The notes: generated by a model not told the origin, from the letters alone. Counted from the stretch's first letter, positions 51,674 to 61,176 are shown. The stretch is 64,000 nt of DNA from Planctomycetota bacterium (GCA_020425605.1 JAGQRH010000007.1:76834-140833), one strand, 5' to 3'. Made by a program: numbers and translations.

Positions 51674-52324
51674 CTAGCGCTCGTACTCAACTTCCCAGGC
51701 CTGGGTCGTGCCAAGCGGAGTCTCTTTGGCCATCTGCAACTTGAACGGTGAGTCGTCTTTCACGGCAGCGTGGAAGTCAGCGGAGCATTGAATGCACCAA
51801 TGGCGCCCAAGATCTTCGCCCAGCTTGCAGGCAACGTTCACTTCACTGCCATAAACGTCCTGATCACCAAACTTCAGCACGTCGCCGTAGCCCAGCCCAA
51901 TGCTCAGCAACAGCTTCTCCGCGTCGTCCCGGTCCTTGTTGTACGCAGTGTTCGCCTGCTGCATCGCGACTGCGCATTTCAGCGCCAGTTGCGGTCGGCG
52001 GAACAGTACCATCATGCTGTCGCCCTCGACCTTCAGCAGCAGGCCGCTATGGGCCTCAATGATCGGAATCTGGATCCGGAATGACTCGTAAATCACCTGC
52101 AGAAAGTGTGTGACGCCGAAGCTCGCCACATGGCGAGAGAACCCGGCCAGGTCCGTGAACATCACGGCCCAACGCTCGCCGTAAAGATCCCATATCTGGG
52201 CGTCAATCGCGTCGCGATCTGAGCCCGCCGATGCACGCTGGCTAAGCAGCTTGTTGAGGCGCGACTGCATCGCCGGGTACGTAACACAATGAGTATCTGG
52301 CAACAGAACGTGAGTCAGCATCAA
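51674..52324 (-). CDS. class III nucleotide (adenylate/guanylate) cyclase catalytic domain protein, without a sensor domain
   Basis: 216 aa. WAVMFTDLAGFS (metal Asp), LKVEGDSMMVLF (second metal Asp), and LLLSIGLGYGDV...G.DVYGSEVNVACKLGE. Confidence 0.8.
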   Translation of the reverse strand: MMLTHVLLPDTHCVTYPAMQSRLNKLLSQRASAGSDRDAIDAQIWDLYGERWAVMFTDLAGFSRHVASFGVTHFLQVIYESFRIQIPIIEAHSGLLLKVEGDSMMVLFRRPQLALKCAVAMQQANTAYNKDRDDAEKLLLSIGLGYGDVLKFGDQDVYGSEVNVACKLGEDLGRHWCIQCSADFHAAVKDDSPFKLQMAKETPLGTTQAWEVEYER

Positions 52325-52380
52325 TTACCCCCAGACAGGCCACCTATACGGTGCCCTGAACGCTTTGTGCAGGCAAGCGG

Positions 52381-53118
52381 CTAACTGGCAGCGGATTGAG
52401 ACTTGGCGCGGTCCACCAGACCACCGAAGCGACGTTCGCGCCCGTTGTAGTCCTGGATGGCGGCCTGAAGATGCACTTCCCGGAAATCGGGCCAAAGCGT
52501 CTCGGTCACGTACAACTCGGCGTAGCTGATCTGCCAGAGCAGGAAGTTGCTGAGGCGCATTTCGCCGGCCGTGCGGATTACGAGGTCCGGGTCGGGCATA
52601 TTGGGCTGGTACAGCTCAGCGGCAATTGCGGCTTCGTCAATCTGATCCGGCTTCAGCTCACCTGCCTGTACTTTCTCGGCCAACACACGCATGGCATCTG
52701 ACAGTTCTGCTCGACCGCCGTAGCTGAGGGCAAGGCACAACAGTGTGCCCTTATTGCCGGCTGTCAGCTGAATGGTCTTGTCCAGTTCTTTGCGCACGTC
52801 CTTCGGCAGGCGATCAATACGCCCGATTGCCCCGAAACGCATGTCGTTGCGCATCAGGGTCTCGCGCTCTTTGACCAGAAAGCGCTTCAGCATGCGCATC
52901 AGGAACTCGATCTCGAGTCTGGGGCGGCGCCAGTTTTCTTCGGAAAACGCGTAAAGGGTCAGTTGCTCGACGCCAAGCCGGGCGCATTCCTCACTGATCG
53001 CGCGGACACTGTCGATCCCCGCCTCATGCCCCTTCACACGCCGCATGCCACGGGCCTCGGCCCAGCGGCCGTTGCCGTCCATGATGATGGCGATGTGTCT
53101 GGGGCACGCAGCGGTCAT
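52381..53118 (-). CDS. uppS: di-trans,poly-cis-undecaprenyl-diphosphate synthase
   Basis: 245 aa. PRHIAIIMDGNGRWA, LTLYAFSEENWRRP, IRTAGEMRLSNFLLWQ and AELYVT..LWPDF. Confidence 0.95.
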   Translation of the reverse strand: MTAACPRHIAIIMDGNGRWAEARGMRRVKGHEAGIDSVRAISEECARLGVEQLTLYAFSEENWRRPRLEIEFLMRMLKRFLVKERETLMRNDMRFGAIGRIDRLPKDVRKELDKTIQLTAGNKGTLLCLALSYGGRAELSDAMRVLAEKVQAGELKPDQIDEAAIAAELYQPNMPDPDLVIRTAGEMRLSNFLLWQISYAELYVTETLWPDFREVHLQAAIQDYNGRERRFGGLVDRAKSQSAAS

Positions 53119-53212
53119 CTTACTCTCTGAGACAAAGTGACTTCAAAGATGGTATTGGGCGGAGGGCGATCCCGCAAGCGATCCTCGGTCTACTGACGTG
53201 TATTTCGCGAAA

Positions 53213-53722
53213 TCACAGCAGCTTCTTCAGGCTGACCGAGCGCGGCTCGTAGCCCAGCTTGTCGTACAGACCCGCAGCATCCGCGTTGTGTGCCATCACC
53301 TGCAAGCCGAGGCGCTTGAACCCGGCATCCTGAAGGAATTGCACAGCTGTCGCGTGAAGCGCCTTGGCGACTCCGCGTCCCCGGAATTCCGGATAGACCG
53401 AAAGGTCGAAGATCCAGGGGTCGACGCGTCGAGTGAAGAAATCCGTCTGCTGGCCCAGCCAGCAGTGGCCGGCGTACTTCTCGTCGAACTCCGCCACAAA
53501 GACGGTGTTCTTGCGCGGATCGTGTGGAGCGAAGTGGCGCAGCAACCAGGCGTGGTGTTGCTTAAACTCAGCCTCGTCGACGAATTCGTCCTGCGGAATC
53601 GAGTCCCGGAACGTGGCGAAGTTCAATGCAGCGAACTTGCGCTGGTCGCGCAGATGGTCATAGCGGCGTATTCGGATACCCCCCATAGGACCCCAATCTA
53701 CCGGCGGTACGAATGGCAGCAA
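53213..53722 (-). CDS. GNAT-family N-acetyltransferase
   Basis: 169 aa. An alternative start is ATG 53686 (MGGIRIRRYD). The acetyl-CoA motif is VYPEFRGRGVAKAL, followed by GLQVMAHNADAAGLYDKLGY. Confidence 0.8.
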   Translation of the reverse strand: MLPFVPPVDWGPMGGIRIRRYDHLRDQRKFAALNFATFRDSIPQDEFVDEAEFKQHHAWLLRHFAPHDPRKNTVFVAEFDEKYAGHCWLGQQTDFFTRRVDPWIFDLSVYPEFRGRGVAKALHATAVQFLQDAGFKRLGLQVMAHNADAAGLYDKLGYEPRSVSLKKLL

Positions 53723-53729
53723 CTGGCGC

Positions 53730-55166
53730 CTAGCTGGCAGGCGGTCGGCTTGCGGGAGTCAGCGGGAACCAGACGGTGAAGCAGGTGCTTCCGGGCTCGG
53801 ACTCGACCTTGATGTCTCCGCCGTGCTGAACGGTCACGATGCGGTGCACGATATCGAGCCCAATGCCGGTACCCTCCCCCATGGGCTTGGTCGTGAAGAA
53901 CGGCTCAAAAATCCGGCTGACAACGTCTTTGGGTATGCCGGAGCCGGTATCGCAGATCCGCGCGCAGACGCAGCCGCCATCCTTGCCGGTCTTGATGGTC
54001 AGCGTGCCGCCCTCCTCCATGGCATCGACCGCGTTGTCGATCAAGTTGGTCCAGACCTGGTTCAATTCGCCGGGATAGGCCGGAACCAAAGGCATCTGTT
54101 CATCGTATTCGCGCTTCACGCGGATGGCCTTCCTGCGAAGCTTATGGGCGAGAATCGTCAGGGTACTCTCAATGCCCTCGCGGATGTCCATCGGCTGCTT
54201 GTCCGGATTGTTGTCCATGTGGGAATGGACCTTGATCGATTGGACCAGGTGCGATATCCGCTCGGCCGCCGAGATAATCTCCTCGACCATGCGCTGCATG
54301 CCGGCGCTGCCCTCAATCCAGCGAATGCCGAGCGGAAGAGCGCCCTTGATGTGGCCGACAGACTTCGCGAGTTCCTCGAGCTCGACTACGGTGGCACCCA
54401 TATCGGCGAGGTTTTCCGCCAGCACCCAGGGCTCCGGCACGTCGTGCGCCTCCAGCCAATCCGATATCTCGTCTTCTCGCTCCCCGCGTTCCACGGTCGT
54501 CAAGTCTTGGGGCTTCCTGGCAAGCAGGCTGTCACGAAACTTCGCCGCTGCCATGATGTCTTCGGCCGACACGTTGAGAGTCATCAGTGTCGAGCCGATC
54601 TGCAGCATTCCTGCAAGCCGGTCTTGCAGTGACTGTGCTGACCGCTTCAGCGCGCTCGCAGGGTTATTCAGTTCATGCGCCAGACCGGCGGCCATCTTGC
54701 CCAGCGCCGACATTTTCTCCCGGTGGTCTATGAACTGCGTGCTGCGCCGAACGCGATCGGACATGATCGACACCAGCCTCTGACCGAGGACGGGAATCTC
54801 GTGCAGCATCTCATGGAAGTGGTCCTTGTGAATCTGAAGTCCCACCGAATCGGTAATCGCCCTGGCTTCGCCGGTGTTCTTCGTAGCCCGTGAAAACGGC
54901 AGCATCCCGCCGACGGCACCCCGGCGCGCCTCGTTGAATACGGTGTTCTGCCCGCCCACCCCGAACTTCCATTGAAACGAGCCCGTCAGCAGGATGTACA
55001 TGTGGTCTGCGGGGTCGGCCGGGCGCGCGATGATCTCGTCCGCTGCGACTTCCATGCGCTCACTGTGCTTGCGAATCCAGTCGAGCTGCTTGTCGGTCAG
55101 GCCCTCGAACAATTCGAGCTGTCCAAGCACGTCGCTGGAAACGTCCGTTCCCGGTGTAATGCGCAT
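53730..55166 (-). CDS. sensor histidine kinase with an N-terminal cyclic-nucleotide-binding (cNMP/CAP-like) domain
   Basis: ORF 53730-55298 (-). The start is set at ATG 55166 (MRITPG...), 1 nt after the stop of the upstream gene. cNMP-like segment LELFEGLTDKQLDWI....E.....DEII.....PADHMYILLTGS. H-box MAAGLAHELNNP, N-box NLIDNAVDAM, G-box GTGIGLDIV. No TM segment. Confidence 0.85.
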   Translation of the reverse strand: MRITPGTDVSSDVLGQLELFEGLTDKQLDWIRKHSERMEVAADEIIARPADPADHMYILLTGSFQWKFGVGGQNTVFNEARRGAVGGMLPFSRATKNTGEARAITDSVGLQIHKDHFHEMLHEIPVLGQRLVSIMSDRVRRSTQFIDHREKMSALGKMAAGLAHELNNPASALKRSAQSLQDRLAGMLQIGSTLMTLNVSAEDIMAAAKFRDSLLARKPQDLTTVERGEREDEISDWLEAHDVPEPWVLAENLADMGATVVELEELAKSVGHIKGALPLGIRWIEGSAGMQRMVEEIISAAERISHLVQSIKVHSHMDNNPDKQPMDIREGIESTLTILAHKLRRKAIRVKREYDEQMPLVPAYPGELNQVWTNLIDNAVDAMEEGGTLTIKTGKDGGCVCARICDTGSGIPKDVVSRIFEPFFTTKPMGEGTGIGLDIVHRIVTVQHGGDIKVESEPGSTCFTVWFPLTPASRPPAS

Positions 55167-55167
55167 G

Positions 55168-56826
55168 CTAGAGCTCCGCGAGGTGACGGTGGATGAATGC
55201 AACGGAAACCGAGCCTTCGCCGACAGCTGAGGCGACGCGCTTGATCGACTCACTGCGCACGTCGCCCGCCGCGAACACGCCGGGCACGCTGCACTCAAGC
55301 AGGAACGGGTCGCGCTTCAGCGGCCACTGTTTCAGTTGCTCCGCGCTGAGCGACGGCCCCGTAAGAATGAACCCGCGCTTGTCACGCGCGACGCAATCGC
55401 TCAGCCATGCCGTTCCCGGCTCGGCTCCGATGAAAATGAAGACGTAGCTTGTGTCCACCTTCATGGTTTCGGCGTTGCGTCGGTTGCGGAGGGTCAGGGC
55501 CTCCAGGCCCTCTTCCCCGTGGCACTCGGCGATTTCGGTCTGCGTGAGAATCTCGATCTTCGGATGGGCTTCGAGCCTCTCGACAAGGTAATTCGACATC
55601 TTGGTGGCGAGCGAGTCGCCGCGCACAAGCACCGTGACCTTTCCCGCGTGCTCGGCAAAGAACATCGCAGCCTGACCGGCGGAATTGCCTGCGCCAACGA
55701 TATAGACCTGCTTGTCAGTGCAGCCCATCGCCTCGGTCATCGCGGCGCCGTAGAACAGGCCGCGCCCCGCGAGCCGCTCCGCACCCGGTGCAGGAAGCTG
55801 CTTCCAGGTCACACCCATAGACAGCATCAGGGCATGGCAGGCGACCTGCTTGCCGCTCTTTAGCGTGAGGCGTTTGTAGGGACCGTCCACGGCCATTGAG
55901 GCGACTTCGGCCGGGGCCAGGATCTCGACGCCGAAGCGCGTCGCCTGGGTAACGGCACGCCGGGCAAGGTCAGCGCCCGTGAGTCCCGACGGGAAGCCCA
56001 GATAGTTCTCGATCAGACTGCTGGTACCGGCTTGCCCACCGGGCGCCTGCCGCTCGATCAACACCGTCTTGAGGCCTTCGGATGCGCCATATACGGCCGC
56101 CGCCAGACCAGCCGGGCCGGCGCCTACGATGGCGAGGTCGTAGAATTCAGCCTTGGCCTCAGTGCGCATGCCGATCTCGGCTGCGAGCGAATCGGTGGTC
56201 GGGGCCTGGAGGCGCTTCCCGCCCGGCAGCAGCACGATAGGCAGGCGATCGCGCGCAGAACCGGAGTCTGGCCCCAGCACTGCCCGAGCCTCTTCAGAGG
56301 CTTCAATGTCCATGAACTGGTACGGGATCTGGTTGCGGGCGAGGAATTCCTTTACGTCGTGGGTTTGCGCGGACCAGCGATGCCCCACCACGCGCAGCCC
56401 GCCATAGCCGGGCCTGTAGCCTGCCCGCCAGTCCTCAAGGAGATCATCAGCCACCGGATACAGCCGCTCTTCAGGAGGGTCCCAGGGCTTCAGCAGGTAG
56501 TAGTCAATCTGGGACTCGTTGATGCTGGCAATGGCTGCATTCGTATCGGCATACGCAGTAAGGAGGGCGCGCTTGCTTCCGGGGTAGAGCCTGCGTGCCT
56601 CGGCGAGGAACTCCGTGCCGTCCATCTTGGGCATGCGCTGGTCCGACAGGATCAGCGCCACTGGCTCGCCGCGCTCGCGCAGCTCAACCAGGGCATCGAC
56701 TCCCTCGCGGCCTGAGGATGCCCGCAGGACGCGATAATCCTCGCCGTATCGCTTTCGCATGTCACGAGCGATGGCGCGCAGCACCTCGGGTTCATCGTCT
56801 ACAACTAGAATTGCCGGCTTGGCCAC
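55168..56826 (-). CDS. response-regulator receiver fused to a thioredoxin-reductase-like FAD/NAD(P)H flavoprotein domain (redox CxxC absent)
   Basis: 552 aa. REC domain: ILVVDDEPEVL...ALILSDQRMPKMDG...LLTAYAD...YLLKPW. A Grx-like linker follows (HDVKEFLARNQIPYQFMDIE...LPIVLLPGG). FAD motif DLAIVGAGPAGLAAAVY, second dinucleotide fold VYIVGAGNSAGQAAMF, and GVFAAGDVR. Confidence 0.85.
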   Translation of the reverse strand: MAKPAILVVDDEPEVLRAIARDMRKRYGEDYRVLRASSGREGVDALVELRERGEPVALILSDQRMPKMDGTEFLAEARRLYPGSKRALLTAYADTNAAIASINESQIDYYLLKPWDPPEERLYPVADDLLEDWRAGYRPGYGGLRVVGHRWSAQTHDVKEFLARNQIPYQFMDIEASEEARAVLGPDSGSARDRLPIVLLPGGKRLQAPTTDSLAAEIGMRTEAKAEFYDLAIVGAGPAGLAAAVYGASEGLKTVLIERQAPGGQAGTSSLIENYLGFPSGLTGADLARRAVTQATRFGVEILAPAEVASMAVDGPYKRLTLKSGKQVACHALMLSMGVTWKQLPAPGAERLAGRGLFYGAAMTEAMGCTDKQVYIVGAGNSAGQAAMFFAEHAGKVTVLVRGDSLATKMSNYLVERLEAHPKIEILTQTEIAECHGEEGLEALTLRNRRNAETMKVDTSYVFIFIGAEPGTAWLSDCVARDKRGFILTGPSLSAEQLKQWPLKRDPFLLECSVPGVFAAGDVRSESIKRVASAVGEGSVSVAFIHRHLAEL

Positions 56827-56883
56827 AACCGCCCCCTGACGGGCTCACAACGCCGGCAGCATGGCTTTTCATCCATGCCGGAG

Positions 56884-56922
56884 CAACAAGAACGCCCTGA
56901 GCAGCGCTCAGGGCGTTCTTGT

Positions 56923-56924
<2 letters not shown>
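56884..56924 (-). terminator. long perfect hairpin immediately 3' of tRNA-Ala (terminator-like)
   Basis: On the + strand, GCAACAAGAACGCCCTGAGC-AGC-GCTCAGGGCGTTCTTGTTG forms a stem of up to ~19 bp that reaches into the tRNA CCA end. There is no clean U-tract beyond the stem. Confidence 0.5.
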
Positions 56925-56998
<74 letters not shown>

Positions 56999-57100
56999 AC
57001 AAAGGCTGGCGCGAAAGGTACTTTCGCCCGCGCTTGAGCACAACAGGGAGGCCTCCGCTTTTCTGTCCAACGCTCCGGGGTTTCTGCTAACTTCCGCCCC

Positions 57101-58237
57101 ATGCGGCGCTTTGCCCCCTATCTGCTTTTGATTGCTGCGGCCGTGGTCGTCAGCGTGCTACTGCCGGCCCCTGACCGAACCGTTCAGGCCGATGCAGGCG
57201 AGGTAGCCCGCACCACCGGCATACGAGTGCTCGGCGCGACTCGCGGCTACGCTACCACCGCGCTCTGGTTGAGGGCAGGAGATGCGTACCAACGCGGTGA
57301 CCTGTATGAGACCCTTGCCACCTACCGACTGATCAGTGAGCTGCAGCCCCGCAACCCGGCCGTGTATAGCTACCTTGCCTGGAACCAGGCCTACAACATC
57401 TCGGCCCAGTTTCCGGAACACGACCGGCGCTCCTACTGGGTAGTTCTGGGCCTCCAGACGCTGATTGACGGCCAGAAGCGTCTGCCCGACGACGCCTCGC
57501 TGCGACTGGACGAGTGGAACTTCTTGCTGAACCGAACGATCAGCTACCCGGCTGCGGTGCTTGAGGCAGAGCGCAATCACCTCGGCGAAGTGGACAGCAC
57601 ATGGAACCAAGTGGTTGGCGTCGCGCTAAAGCTGCGCAAGGACCTAAATGGCAAGGACGTCGCGGCACTGGACGATTTTCTCGAGAACATTGGCTTGCAG
57701 ATTGGTCTGTTCGACACGGCCGATGACGTGGCGGCCCTGTCAGCATCTGACCGGGACCGGCTCCTGGCCCCGGCGTTTGAGGAGCAGACGCCGGAACAGC
57801 AGGGCGAGCTGGGTCAGGCCTTTACCGTCCTTGAGCGCGACCAGATGCGCGCCCTGTTTTCGCTGACGCCGGATGTGCTTGCATTTCTTGCGGTCGCGCA
57901 CTGGTGCCGCCTGCACGCAATGGTGCTTGCGATCACGCCCGCACTGGATGCCCAACCGCACGGGTTGGCCGTCGAATCAGCCTTGTTGAACGCTGTTCGG
58001 CTGGCCAGTTTGCGGATTCCACCGACACTGGCCCATGAGACCCGGCAAGAAATCGAACGCCGTTATAAGGAAGCAGTTGCACATGCGTTCGTCTCGGGTA
58101 TAGAGAACGCCCTTCGGATCGGCGGGCGGGAAGCCGCCGACGATTTTGTGGACGCAATGAAGTTCAACTTTGAGGGCCAGCCCGAATTACTGCCCCCCGA
58201 AGTGATCGAAAAGGCGCAGCAGGAGATTCACGAATGA
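57101..58237 (+). CDS. membrane-anchored hypothetical protein (378 aa), possibly TPR-like helical
   Basis: N-terminal TM/signal anchor FAPYLLLIAAAVVVSVLL. Helical-repeat-like LWLRAGDAYQRGDLYETLATYRLISELQPRNPAVYSYLAWNQAYN. The stop overlaps the hppA start (ATGA). Confidence 0.55.
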   Translation: MRRFAPYLLLIAAAVVVSVLLPAPDRTVQADAGEVARTTGIRVLGATRGYATTALWLRAGDAYQRGDLYETLATYRLISELQPRNPAVYSYLAWNQAYNISAQFPEHDRRSYWVVLGLQTLIDGQKRLPDDASLRLDEWNFLLNRTISYPAAVLEAERNHLGEVDSTWNQVVGVALKLRKDLNGKDVAALDDFLENIGLQIGLFDTADDVAALSASDRDRLLAPAFEEQTPEQQGELGQAFTVLERDQMRALFSLTPDVLAFLAVAHWCRLHAMVLAITPALDAQPHGLAVESALLNAVRLASLRIPPTLAHETRQEIERRYKEAVAHAFVSGIENALRIGGREAADDFVDAMKFNFEGQPELLPPEVIEKAQQEIHE

Positions 58238-61176
58238 TCGTTTCCCTCCGCGGCAGGACCCATTCCGTTTCGCCCCGCAAACTGCTGACGGCAGCAGGAT
58301 TTGTGCTGGCGGGACTTCTGCTTGCCGTAACGGCCATGACTCACGACGGCGGCCCGGCTGCCTTCTTCAACCTTGGCCCGGCGCTTGATCACGTGGCGCA
58401 TGCGGTCGGGCTCGAGACTTCCGCGACGCCGGTGCAGATCGCCACCGCACGCGACGGCATCGTCAATACCGGTGATGAAGTGTGGAAGGGCACCACCAAG
58501 GGCGAGACAACATTCTGGCAGAACTGGTACTACGGCGTATTCGCCGTCCTGCTGGGTCTGATTGGCTCGGCGGCGGCATTGGTTACCGCCCGCAAATTCT
58601 TCGGCGACGTCAAGAAGGCCGCGCCGGGCAACGAGCGCATGATCGAGATTTCTGATGCCGTCCGCGACGGCGCAATGGCCTACCTGGTGCGCCAGCGGCG
58701 AATCGTTCTGCCGGTGCTAGGCGGCGTGGCCATCATCATCATGGCGATCAATTTCTTCGGCGCGGTACCGTACCTCGCGATTTTCGCGCTGGTCGGATTG
58801 TTCACCGGCGGTCTGTGCAGTTTCGCCACCGGCTGGTTCGGAATGCGCACGGCAACAATGGCCAGCAACCGCACGGCCTGGGCCTGCAAAGAAGGCGGGC
58901 TGAATGCCGGTCTGCAGGTCGCGTTCAAGGCCGGCGCGGTAATGGGCCTCATGGTGGTGGGCGTCGGCATGGCGTTCATCACGTTCTGGCTGCTGGTGAT
59001 GGCCGGCATCGTGGATGCGATCGACACGAAGATCACGCTGAATGAGATCGCCAACATCATGATCACATTCGGACTCGGCGCCTCGCTCGTTGCGCTGTTC
59101 GCGCGTGTTGGCGGCGGTATCTTCACCAAGGCCGCGGACGTCGGCGCAGACCTGGTGGGCAAAGTTGAAGCCGGCATCCCGGAAGACGACCCGCGCAACC
59201 CGGCCACGATCGCTGACAACGTCGGCGACAACGTCGGCGACGTCGCAGGCATGGGTGCCGACCTTTACGAGTCCTATGTCGGATCGATTCTGGCGGCCAT
59301 CGCGCTGTCCTGGTCCGCGGCTGTAAGCCTCGGCAAGAACCCCTGGGGCTTTGTCTTTGCGGCTGTCGGCATTGCTGCAATCGGCATCCTGCTGTCTGTT
59401 GGATGCACCAAACTGGTGAAGACGAAGGATGGGGCGACTCTCCACGAGCTGCTGGCCGCGCTGCACAAGGGCGTCAATGTCGCATCGCTGGGAGTCGGCG
59501 TGTTGGCACTGCCGATCTGCTGGCTTGGCTTTGGATTCATCCTCGGTACTTCCATGTGGGCTGCGGTGGCCGTTGGCCTTACCGCTGGTCTCGTCATCGC
59601 CTGGGGCTCAGAGCGCTTTACTGCCTATGACTACGAACCCACTCAGAGCGTCGCAAAGCAGTCCGTGACCGGCCCGGCAACCGTCATCATCGGCGGTCTT
59701 GCGGTCGGCATGATGTCGACCTGGATCCCGATTGCCACGGTTGCCATTGCGACACTTCTGGCTTTCGGCTTCGGCGGCGGGTTCGCAAGCATGCCCGCAG
59801 GCCTTTACGCCGTGGCGCTCGCTGCTGTCGGCATGCTCAGCACGCTGGGCATCACGCTTGCAACGGACGCATACGGCCCGATCGCGGACAACGCGGGCGG
59901 CAATGCCGAAATGGCCGGCCTGCCGCCGGAAGTTCGTGAGCGCACGGACGCGCTGGACAGCCTCGGCAACACGACGGCCGCGATTGGCAAGGGTTTCGCG
60001 ATTGGCTCAGCAGCGCTGACCGCGCTGGCGCTGATTGCTTCCTACCAGGATTCGCTGATTGGGCTGCTGCGCTCGGGTGAAGACAAAGTCGCCAACGCAC
60101 AGGGCCTTCGCATGCTGATGGAAAGCATGAGTGTCTCGGCACCTCAGGTGATCATCGGCCTGTTCATCGGCGCCATGCTCGTGTTCGTGTTCGGCGCGTT
60201 GACCATGAGCGCTGTAGGCGATGCGGCCAAGGAAATGGTCGAAGAGGTTCGCCGCCAGTTCCGTGAAATCCCCGGCATCATGGAAGGCACGGGCAAACCG
60301 GACTACGCAAGCTGTGTGGACATCTCCACTACAGCAGCTCTCAAGCGCATGCTTGTGCCGTCGCTCCTTGCAGTGGCCGGCCCCATCGTTACCGGCGTGC
60401 TTTTCGGTGCCGGCGCCGTGTTTGGTCTGCTCGCGGGTGGTCTGGCTGCGGGCTTTGCAATGGCCGTAATGATGGCCAACGCGGGCGGCGCATGGGACAA
60501 CGCCAAGAAGTGGGTCGAAAAGGGCGGGCTTGCCGAGAAGTTCATTGAAGAGGGCATATACAACCCCGAGGTCGAAGATGCGGCGCTTGCTGCAATCGAC
60601 GGCGACCAGGGCGGCCCCGACGGCAAGAAAGACACGAAGAAAAAGTCCAGCAGCAAGAAGAAGTCGGCGGCCAGCAAGAAGAAGGGCACCAGCTCGCGCA
60701 AGACGAAAGCGACTGCCAAGCCTGCGGAGCCGGCTGAGATGGCCGACGCCGACGCGGACGCAACCGAAGACAACGAAGAGGCTTCGGCTGAAGAGCCGAC
60801 GCCCGGCAAGGCAGAGGATCAGACTGCTGACAGTCCGAAAGAAGCCGCACAAGAAGAAGCCAGGGAAGAAGCCAAGGCTGAGCCTGCCGCGCCGGTTGCT
60901 GCTGCCAAGCAGGAAGTGCCCGCTGCAGCGCCAGCCGCACCCACCGAGCCGGCGAAGAAGAAGTACAGAAAATACGTCAAGGGCTCGCCGGAGCATAAGG
61001 CAACGGTCGTGGGCGATACCGTGGGTGACCCGTTCAAGGACACGTCCGGCCCCTCGCTGAACATTCTCGTGAAGCTCATGAGCATGGTTGCGGTCGCTAC
61101 CGTCGCGCTGGTTCTGGCCGTCAACAAGGGCGGAGGCCTTCTGCCCTGGCTGTTCGAGTGGATCTATACCAAGTAA
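58234..61176 (+). CDS. hppA: membrane-bound ion-translocating pyrophosphatase (M-PPase, HppA family), with an N-terminal extension and a ~150-aa low-complexity insertion in the last cytoplasmic loop
   Basis: 980 aa. M-PPase motifs GGIFTKAADVGADLVGKVEAGIPEDDPRNPATIADNVGDNVGDVAGMGADLYESY, DAYGPIADNAGG, GNTTAAIGKGFAIGSAAL, NAGGAWDNAKKW and VGDTVGDPFKDTSGPSLNILVKLM. The insertion lies at ~60529-60978. Confidence 0.92.
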   Translation: MIVSLRGRTHSVSPRKLLTAAGFVLAGLLLAVTAMTHDGGPAAFFNLGPALDHVAHAVGLETSATPVQIATARDGIVNTGDEVWKGTTKGETTFWQNWYYGVFAVLLGLIGSAAALVTARKFFGDVKKAAPGNERMIEISDAVRDGAMAYLVRQRRIVLPVLGGVAIIIMAINFFGAVPYLAIFALVGLFTGGLCSFATGWFGMRTATMASNRTAWACKEGGLNAGLQVAFKAGAVMGLMVVGVGMAFITFWLLVMAGIVDAIDTKITLNEIANIMITFGLGASLVALFARVGGGIFTKAADVGADLVGKVEAGIPEDDPRNPATIADNVGDNVGDVAGMGADLYESYVGSILAAIALSWSAAVSLGKNPWGFVFAAVGIAAIGILLSVGCTKLVKTKDGATLHELLAALHKGVNVASLGVGVLALPICWLGFGFILGTSMWAAVAVGLTAGLVIAWGSERFTAYDYEPTQSVAKQSVTGPATVIIGGLAVGMMSTWIPIATVAIATLLAFGFGGGFASMPAGLYAVALAAVGMLSTLGITLATDAYGPIADNAGGNAEMAGLPPEVRERTDALDSLGNTTAAIGKGFAIGSAALTALALIASYQDSLIGLLRSGEDKVANAQGLRMLMESMSVSAPQVIIGLFIGAMLVFVFGALTMSAVGDAAKEMVEEVRRQFREIPGIMEGTGKPDYASCVDISTTAALKRMLVPSLLAVAGPIVTGVLFGAGAVFGLLAGGLAAGFAMAVMMANAGGAWDNAKKWVEKGGLAEKFIEEGIYNPEVEDAALAAIDGDQGGPDGKKDTKKKSSSKKKSAASKKKGTSSRKTKATAKPAEPAEMADADADATEDNEEASAEEPTPGKAEDQTADSPKEAAQEEAREEAKAEPAAPVAAAKQEVPAAAPAAPTEPAKKKYRKYVKGSPEHKATVVGDTVGDPFKDTSGPSLNILVKLMSMVAVATVALVLAVNKGGGLLPWLFEWIYTK

